A stretch of 37,523 nucleotides of DNA from a virus. The notes under the pieces are model-generated. The model had not been told where the DNA came from. It did not search any database and saw only the letters and a list, made by a program, of their open reading frames with translations. The stretch's first letter is position 1, and each line of letters begins with the position of its first letter. Below are positions 31,269 through 37,523 of this stretch, piece by piece. The stretch lies in the IMG/VR virus record IMGVR_UViG_3300018080_000344; one strand, written 5' to 3'. Made by a program: the position numbers and the translations under genes.

Positions 31269-32015
31269 CTAAGGTTTATATTCTCTAATTGTTAAAGTTG
31301 TTGAAGCTGTACCATTATAATATCTAGTTGTTGAATTTCCATTTAAATATAATGTTCCTCCACCACAACGAACTTTAAAAGTTGTTGAAGAGGTAGTACC
31401 CGCTGTCATTACGTGTATAAGAGAACCATTAACAAAATAATTAGCTGAAGGAACTGTGTTAAATGTATTTGCTGCTAATGCGTTAGCGGTAGCATCTTGA
31501 AATAATGCTGATGTAGGAGTACCCACTCCTGTTTGAGAACCAAATGTATTAAACATAATTATTAATTTATTAGTTGCGCTTGTTGGTGTTATTGCAAGAG
31601 TTAAAACTTCTACACCTTCCGTGTTTTGCGGGATTGTATCGTCCCTTGGTATACCACTTGATACAGTAACTCGTGATGTAGTATTTGCAGCAACTTCTTG
31701 AACTAAAACTCCTGTAGAAGAATTATCTTCCCAGGTTACCGCGCCTGACCCGTCTGTAGTTAACACTTGATTTAATGTTCCATCTGATGTTGGAAAAGTA
31801 TATGCGCTATTTACACTCAAAGCACTAGGATTAACTGTTCCTGTTCCTTTAGGTGTCATAGTTATATCTATATTTGCATCTGTACCATCAGCAGCTATAG
31901 TAGTTCCTGAGACAGTCACTCCTGCAGCTGCAACATTAGTATCGAATGTCGTAGCTAATGAGGTTGTTGCTGTAAATGTATCAGCTGATTTATTTGTTGC
32001 GTTGTTTGTTGCCAT
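31269..32015 (-). CDS. Tail fibre protein
   Basis: It carries the Y-x-FP-x-x-DG...Q-x-L-TDG-x-G-x-x-W fibre motif (AYTFPTSDGTLNQVLTTDGSGAVTWED) and an AAGGAG SD. Confidence 0.6.
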   Translation of the reverse strand: MATNNATNKSADTFTATTSLATTFDTNVAAAGVTVSGTTIAADGTDANIDITMTPKGTGTVNPSALSVNSAYTFPTSDGTLNQVLTTDGSGAVTWEDNSSTGVLVQEVAANTTSRVTVSSGIPRDDTIPQNTEGVEVLTLAITPTSATNKLIIMFNTFGSQTGVGTPTSALFQDATANALAANTFNTVPSANYFVNGSLIHVMTAGTTSSTTFKVRCGGGTLYLNGNSTTRYYNGTASTTLTIREYKP

Positions 32016-32036
32016 TTTATCTCCTTAAATATAATT

Positions 32037-32702
32037 TTAAGCTACCGTAATATTACCTATTGATGAGATCACGTTAAAAGCTGTATTTGCTACGGAACAT
32101 ACAATTTCTATTGAATCACCTATTGCTGTAGATTCTAAATAACCAGCTATTCCATTTGTAGTAATCTGATTCCCAATTCTTATATCCTGACCAGCGTTTT
32201 GATTTATTCTCCATCCTTGAACTGTTAAAGAATTAACTATAAACCTAGATCCCAATGCCGCTACTGCTGGTAGAGTAAAAGTCACTAGTCCAGCTCTGTT
32301 AGCAAAGTATCCATAATTAATAGCCATTGCTTTTGTAGCAGCACTTACAACTTCCCATGTTAATGATGAACCAGTAAAATCTATAGTAGCTGTATTTCCT
32401 GGGCCAGTTCCTGTTACAGTAACTCCAGTTCCTCCTATAAGATTAATATTACCAACTCCATCTGGTTCAACTGCAGGAGCTCCAGAATCTGTAGTTATGC
32501 TATCAACTCCAGGACTTCCTGCCCCAGTAAGTAATTGCAACCATACAGCTTCTCCAGAAGCATTAAAATCTGATAAATACCATAATTCACCTTCTGTTCC
32601 TGTAGTTGGGTCTTTTCCAATTATGGCGAGAGACCCTATTCTAAATTTTACATCAGTTGTTGTGGGTTCTCTTTTAAATACTTTGATCGGGACAAGATTC
32701 AT
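32037..32702 (-). CDS. Tail fibre / receptor-binding protein sharing its distal domain with the 1174-aa spike
   Basis: The N-terminal REPTTTD..F.IG box is also present in the junction fibre. The C-terminal roughly 105 aa are paralogous to the end of 32764..36288. The annotated ATG lacks an SD. Confidence 0.6.
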   Translation of the reverse strand: MNLVPIKVFKREPTTTDVKFRIGSLAIIGKDPTTGTEGELWYLSDFNASGEAVWLQLLTGAGSPGVDSITTDSGAPAVEPDGVGNINLIGGTGVTVTGTGPGNTATIDFTGSSLTWEVVSAATKAMAINYGYFANRAGLVTFTLPAVAALGSRFIVNSLTVQGWRINQNAGQDIRIGNQITTNGIAGYLESTAIGDSIEIVCSVANTAFNVISSIGNITVA

Positions 32703-32763
32703 TGTTGGCCCTGTAACTCAAAGGATTCTGATAAGGTACGCCTGCTATTTCCATTTTATCTCC

Positions 32764-35700
32764 TTATGTCACTGTTATGTTTCCTATAACGCCAACGCAT
32801 GTCCAAATTAAATTAGATGTTTTACATACCAATCTAATCCAATCTCCTTGTGCTGTTGATGCTAAGGATCCACCAGCTCCTAATGTAGTTGTTTGATTCC
32901 CTATTCTTATTTGTTGGTTTGCTGCTTGAGTAATTGTCCATGAAGTTGAGCCGTCTAAAGCTATTTCTATTACATCTCCAACTGAAGATGTAGCTGGCAA
33001 AGATAAACTAAGAGCAGCTCCCCCTGTACAATTTACACCATTATTTGGAACTAAAGCCTGATTGGCTGAAATATTTGTCCAGGTAACACCACCACCAGTT
33101 GCATTAACAGTGATAGAACCAGCTCCATTAGTGATAGAAATTCCTGTTCCAGCAGTCAATGTTGTAGCGACTGGATCTAAACCAGTAGAACCAACTACTA
33201 TTTGACCATCCGTTAAAGGTCCTATTTCTGTTAATGCAGAAGTTCCTGATCCTACTACTAATGCATGGTCAGTTATGGTTGTTAGCCCTGTTCCACCTCC
33301 AGCAACACTTAATGATGAAAAATCAAGATTACCAGCTCCATCTGTTACTAATGGATAACTAGCAGTTCCATCAGCTATTGGAAACTCATAAGCGTTTGCA
33401 AATGTAATAGCTGCAGTAGTATTATCAACTGCAAAAGCTTCTGTTCCAGAGCTTGGATCTGAAGATGTAGTTATTTTTAATGTATCTGAATCTGAATTAT
33501 CTATACCAAAAGAATAAAAGGATGATGCTTGTATTTCAAAGCTAACCATACAATCTCCACCTAAAGGAGGTATAGAAAGTCGCAAATCTGCTGTAGAAGC
33601 TGCGTTTACGTCTGTATTTACAATAGATAATTGTCTAGGAGTAGCAGGTGATGTTACATTGTTAAAAGAAAAATCTCCATATGATGTAGAAGACCAAGAT
33701 GGTGCTCCTCCAGTAGTTGAAACTAAAAGTTCTCCTGTTGACCCAGGCCCTTCTGATGTAATACCAAAAGAAGCATCTGCTAATAAAACTGCATGTTGCG
33801 GAGTTACTCCAAGACCTACATCATCTAATGTTTCTAATGCCGTTTGTACAGTTGTGTCAGAAGCAGAAAGCCAACCATTAAAATTTGTTGTATCAGTAGT
33901 TATTAAATTAGCTGTAGAACTACTTGTTGATACAAAACTTCCTCTAAGAGTAGCCTTCTCAATCATAACATCAACTATTGATGATGAAGATTCTTCATAT
34001 ATGACATAACCTAATTGACATACTTCTAAATCAAATAATTCATTAGTCGCTAATGCCACACTACCATTAGATATTGCAACATCCGCAGCAGCTAAATTAT
34101 TATATTGAGCATCATCAATTACTGCTATATAATGCGGAGTTGTAGAGTTTAAATCTTCTTTACTACAATATAACCTAAAAATTCCATATTTACTTATTCC
34201 TAAAGCAGTCACTACACCTGCATTATTATAAACACTTGGGAAAACAGCAGAAGAAGAATTTAAAACCCATTTTCCAGTAGCATCTGTATAATAAAAATCC
34301 CAAGTTTCTGGAACTCCTCCTGAATCAAGTAAAGTAGTTTCAAGACCATGATCTTCTAAATAATCAGTTCCAGATATCTCTATTCCATCAACTCCAATAA
34401 GAGTTATATTAGCACCATTATTCCTATTAGAAATAACTGTTCCAACGGAATTATGTAAATAAATAGATAAGTCAGTTGGAGCGCTATAAGGATGATTTTC
34501 TTTAACAACTTGTGTATTTGATGGTGTATCATTATCGCATAGTATCTCAAATAGTGGTATATTATCTTCATACATAGCTTGAGTAAAAGATGTAGTAGTA
34601 CCTATTGTTCCAGTGTCGTCAATGTAAACAAGATATGTATTTCCTTTAACAAGTGCTCCAGTTGATTGTGGCGCTGTCCATGATATTTTCTGACCCTTAA
34701 TATAACCAGATCCAGCCCTTAAAATTGTTAAGTCAGTACCAAGTGTACTATAATAAGCTCCCGCTCCGTCCCATTCTAAGAAACCAGTAAATTTCTTGTC
34801 GTTATTATATGATACTAACTTTAATGGTGTGACGGCTGTAGCATCATCAGTTCCAGCTTTTGTTTCTGTATCTGTAGATAGTTCTAGTATACCTTTATTT
34901 GTTTCAGTCGCATCTTCTCCAGCTATTGTTATGAAGTTTCCAGCTCCTAATGTATCAATTCCCTCTCCACCGATAATATTTAAAACATTAAGTGCTGGAA
35001 TGGCTATCCCTGAATCAGTAACAAATGAAGTTGGTACTACAGCACCAGCTTCTAAGTTTATAGAACCAGGTCCATTTGTGATCGCAACTGTTCCACCAGA
35101 AGATAACAAATTAGCTACAACTGGAGATGCTCCAGTAGATCCAATTATTAGTTCTCCATCTGTTAGTAATGTTGTTTCACTTAATTCTCCTCCTGTATCA
35201 TACACCGCTACTGCATTAGCAGTTCTATCTATTAGTCTTGCACTACCAGATATTGATTTGCCGCCAATTAAAGTTAGTGTTCCTGCAAACGTTGTATCAT
35301 CAATGAAATCAACACCAGTTATATCTATGGTTCCTGTACCACCCACTGCTGGTGAATTAGAAGAATCTATTGTTACTGTAGATATACTTAAATTATTTAA
35401 AGAGTTATGAGTAATAGCTTGGTTAGAGCCAGTATTAAATGTTGAATTATTTATAGTAACTAAAGAAGTATCAGATGTTGTTAATGTATTATCAAACAAA
35501 CATCCACCACCAATATTGCTAGTTCCTGTGCTTTGAAAAGTAATTGGACATTGAATATGAGCATTATAAAATTCTGAGTCTCCAGAGATAGTGCATGTAT
35601 TTAATGATCCTTTTCCAGCTGTAATATTAGTCATAAAAACAAAAGATCCACCAATATTGTTTATCCATCCATCATTAGTTGATCCTATTTCTCCAATATC

Positions 35701-36288
35701 AAATGCAGATAAACTACCAGTCCAATTAGGTAAATTAAATGTATATCCATTAGTTACATTTACAGCACAATCTATTAATATTAATTCACAAGTTCCTGCT
35801 ACTGCACTACTAAGAATATGTGTAGCACTTTGTAAAAATATATTTCTAATAGTTAATGTTCCACTTGCTGGAGGGGTGTGTATACCAATTATCTTACATG
35901 TTTCAGTATCAGCAATTCCGACAGCACCACATAAGTCAATTCCATCGTATAATGTTAAGTTTTCTGCATAAATACCAGGTCTTATAAAAACTGCAGCAGC
36001 TATACCAGCAGCATTAGCTGCATCTAAAGCGCTTTGAATTGTCTGATAAGCAGTTTCTCCTGCTGTGGGATCTACTACATATCTAGTAATATCTGCAAGG
36101 TTTTTAATCGTTATAGTATTGCCAGATGCAGCAGTTTCGATACTATTATCACCCAATAAATTTATTATACCAGCAACAGGTAGCGCGCTTCCTGAATCAG
36201 TATCAATTTGAGTAATATCAATTCCGACGTCACTAGATGAATCATAATAATCTAATTCACCAGTAATTATATTGTATCTATATCCCAT
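32764..36288 (-). CDS. Tailspike with a pectate-lyase-like right-handed beta-helix (putative polysaccharide depolymerase) and fibre repeats
   Basis: ...YQTIQSALDAANAAG...VFIRPGIYAENLTL... is followed by N, T, G and S-rich helix turns. The fibre motif ATETNKGILELSTDTETKAGTDDATAVTPLKL is also present. Confidence 0.7.
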   Translation of the reverse strand: MGYRYNIITGELDYYDSSSDVGIDITQIDTDSGSALPVAGIINLLGDNSIETAASGNTITIKNLADITRYVVDPTAGETAYQTIQSALDAANAAGIAAAVFIRPGIYAENLTLYDGIDLCGAVGIADTETCKIIGIHTPPASGTLTIRNIFLQSATHILSSAVAGTCELILIDCAVNVTNGYTFNLPNWTGSLSAFDIGEIGSTNDGWINNIGGSFVFMTNITAGKGSLNTCTISGDSEFYNAHIQCPITFQSTGTSNIGGGCLFDNTLTTSDTSLVTINNSTFNTGSNQAITHNSLNNLSISTVTIDSSNSPAVGGTGTIDITGVDFIDDTTFAGTLTLIGGKSISGSARLIDRTANAVAVYDTGGELSETTLLTDGELIIGSTGASPVVANLLSSGGTVAITNGPGSINLEAGAVVPTSFVTDSGIAIPALNVLNIIGGEGIDTLGAGNFITIAGEDATETNKGILELSTDTETKAGTDDATAVTPLKLVSYNNDKKFTGFLEWDGAGAYYSTLGTDLTILRAGSGYIKGQKISWTAPQSTGALVKGNTYLVYIDDTGTIGTTTSFTQAMYEDNIPLFEILCDNDTPSNTQVVKENHPYSAPTDLSIYLHNSVGTVISNRNNGANITLIGVDGIEISGTDYLEDHGLETTLLDSGGVPETWDFYYTDATGKWVLNSSSAVFPSVYNNAGVVTALGISKYGIFRLYCSKEDLNSTTPHYIAVIDDAQYNNLAAADVAISNGSVALATNELFDLEVCQLGYVIYEESSSSIVDVMIEKATLRGSFVSTSSSTANLITTDTTNFNGWLSASDTTVQTALETLDDVGLGVTPQHAVLLADASFGITSEGPGSTGELLVSTTGGAPSWSSTSYGDFSFNNVTSPATPRQLSIVNTDVNAASTADLRLSIPPLGGDCMVSFEIQASSFYSFGIDNSDSDTLKITTSSDPSSGTEAFAVDNTTAAITFANAYEFPIADGTASYPLVTDGAGNLDFSSLSVAGGGTGLTTITDHALVVGSGTSALTEIGPLTDGQIVVGSTGLDPVATTLTAGTGISITNGAGSITVNATGGGVTWTNISANQALVPNNGVNCTGGAALSLSLPATSSVGDVIEIALDGSTSWTITQAANQQIRIGNQTTTLGAGGSLASTAQGDWIRLVCKTSNLIWTCVGVIGNITVT

Positions 36289-36295
36289 TTTTTCC

Positions 36296-36847
36296 TCATG
36301 AGTATGTGTAGTTGACTACTTCACCATATGTAACTGTTCCACCAGACGTGTAAACACCATATGCAGTTGTATTAATTCCGAATAATTCAAAAGTACCAGC
36401 TCCAATATTTATATTAGCTACAGTATAAATATTACTTCCTGTAAAATTAACTTGTGTCATTCCTGATACATTTTCAATTACTATCTTATCTCCATTAGTA
36501 AGATCACCAAGTGCTGCTACTGTAACAACACCTGGATTTGCGTTTGATATTCCAGTTATTGTTAAATCAGTCTCAGTATTCCAAATAAATTCATAATCAG
36601 TTGTAGCTAAACTATCAGCGTTTAAAGGCCATGTAACACTTGTTATTCCTTTATTAGAATCATATTGAACTTTTCTTATTTGCCATTTTTGATCACTTTC
36701 TAATGTTCCTGCCTTAGCTCTACCTAAAAAAATAGGATCTCCATTAGTATCATTTATTGATCTAATAGTTACTTCAGAATCTTGTACAATAAACTCTCTT
36801 CTATCATTAGCTCCATATTTAAATGGTCTGTTTATTCCACTTGACAT
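36296..36847 (-). CDS. Fibre-module protein with one ANPGVVT beta-barrel module
   Basis: ITGISNANPGVVTVAALGDLTNGDKIVIENVSGM.... Confidence 0.45.
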   Translation of the reverse strand: MSSGINRPFKYGANDRREFIVQDSEVTIRSINDTNGDPIFLGRAKAGTLESDQKWQIRKVQYDSNKGITSVTWPLNADSLATTDYEFIWNTETDLTITGISNANPGVVTVAALGDLTNGDKIVIENVSGMTQVNFTGSNIYTVANINIGAGTFELFGINTTAYGVYTSGGTVTYGEVVNYTYS

Positions 36848-36870
36848 ATTAACCTCTTTTATTTGTATGG

Positions 36871-36907
36871 GCTAAGCCACTCAATTAAGAATGACTTAGC
36901 TTTTTTT
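36871..36907 (+). terminator. Plus-sense terminator-like hairpin between two minus-strand fibre genes
   Basis: GCTAAGCCAC-tcaattaaga-ATGACTTAGC followed by TTTTTTT. Confidence 0.4.
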
Positions 36908-36913
36908 AAAATT

Positions 36914-37523
36914 TTAATTTTGTCTTACAATGAAATAAACAAAACTAGATTGATCTCCAGTTTCATCAGCTGCTGGTGAAGTTGGATCCTTAGATTCAAC
37001 TACAAAATTTACTCCAGCTGTAATTGTATAGATAATATGTCCTAATGCAGTTGAAGCATTAACAGCAGATCTTTGAATAAAAATTCTATCATTTACTGCT
37101 ATATTTGTGTTTGCAATAGTAACTTGACCATTAACTAATGTTGCTGTTCCTATGAAATCTGTTGCAGCACCCCCGTTCATTTCAAATTGTGTTGCTACTG
37201 AACCTAATACAAAATTAGTATTACAAGATACTTTTCCTGTTCCAGCTTCTAGATCAACACCACCTGCTGCATTAGTAGCTTTAATTACTACTGCATCACC
37301 TGCAGCTTCAGCACCTTCAATATTTACTGATCCAGCTGATGAAACAATATCAATATCATTTGCTAGACCTGCGGCTGATATATCAATGCCACCCGCTGAA
37401 GCATTTATTACAACAGCGTCTGCTGCTACTTCAGATGAAGTTAAATTTAATTGTAAAGCTACATCAACATCAAGACCACCTACTAAAGAAGTCATTGAAA
37501 TAGCATTATCTGCAGCTTCTTCA
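36914..37523 (-). CDS. 3' part of the junction-spanning 631-aa fibre ORF (stop at 36914)
   Basis: The frame stays open upstream of the track's Met at 37495 to the window end. It is in phase with the ORF leaving position 1. Confidence 0.8.
   Translation of the reverse strand, partial: EEAADNAISMTSLVGGLDVDVALQLNLTSSEVAADAVVINASAGGIDISAAGLANDIDIVSSAGSVNIEGAEAAGDAVVIKATNAAGGVDLEAGTGKVSCNTNFVLGSVATQFEMNGGAATDFIGTATLVNGQVTIANTNIAVNDRIFIQRSAVNASTALGHIIYTITAGVNFVVESKDPTSPAADETGDQSSFVYFIVRQN
37468..37523. repeat. 56-bp terminal overlap identical to 1..56 (circular closure)
   Basis: Direct comparison of the two window ends. Confidence 0.9.

Noticed and set aside
33659-35971. Plus-strand track ORFs 33659..34009, 34796..35410 and 35591..35971. 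The same applies to 6636..6857, 7044..7400, 7363..7545, 8236..8541, 8757..8954, 8979..9305, 11178..11414, 12774..12959, 14908..15141, 15586..15771, 17013..17210, 17609..17824, 18506..18709, 22252..22452, 23578..23781, 24871..25143, 27070..27258, 27991..28278, 28840..29028 and 29927..30145.
   Set aside because: These are antisense shadow frames of long, well-supported genes. Their products are hydrophobic or low-complexity, and they lack SD sequences.
31269-36288. Diversity-generating retroelement acting on the fibre tips
   Set aside because: The genome has no reverse transcriptase gene and no template/variable repeat pair with adenine-specific differences. The paralogous tips differ throughout.

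Overview
This window is a complete, circularly closed, visibly AT-rich tailed-phage or prophage-like genome. Positions 1..56 are identical to 37468..37523, so the unit length is 37,467 bp. I see no tRNA, rRNA, CRISPR array or reverse transcriptase.

Most genes lie in one long co-directional minus-strand array from 28217 down to 5618. Its order is: Cro-like HTH, small ORF, replication initiator with an embedded ori-like repeat cluster, RusA, small ORFs, degenerate tyrosine-recombinase-like gene, ParB-like nuclease, small terminase. These are followed by a stand-alone primase-type zinc finger, large terminase, lipoprotein, portal, scaffold, N4-gp56-like major capsid, HNH, and a putative decoration protein. 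The array ends with an adaptor or nozzle-like pair of tail proteins, a GNAT, and three internal-virion-like proteins. Many junctions in the array are TAA[A/G]ATG or TAATG couplings.

A divergent promoter pair at about 28.2-28.3 kb drives a short plus-strand operon: unknown gene, RecT, YqaJ/lambda-Exo-like nuclease, then an intrinsic terminator.

The receptor-binding module is also on the minus strand, running 1342 -> junction -> 30751. It holds at least five fibre, spike or fibre-associated genes, a fibre chaperone, and a relic fibre 3' end. A 4.3-kb accessory block (1343..5617) separates it from the other virion genes. That block carries an RHH operon, a secreted twin-CX3C peptide with a DUF2059-like partner, a small serine recombinase, an HNH, and an excisionase-HTH::RNAP-alpha-CTD fusion.

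The most unusual signals are:
- A conserved stem-loop presenting CAGAACCAC in four copies, three of them coupled to a CTA(A)CACGTGAG box, sitting at the heads of gene modules.
- The alpha-CTD fusion protein.
- A duplicated translation-initiation region with a leader ORF in front of the replication initiator.
- A 631-aa fibre gene that spans the circular junction and is absent from the ORF track.

All functional calls come from by-eye motif recognition. No database search was run.
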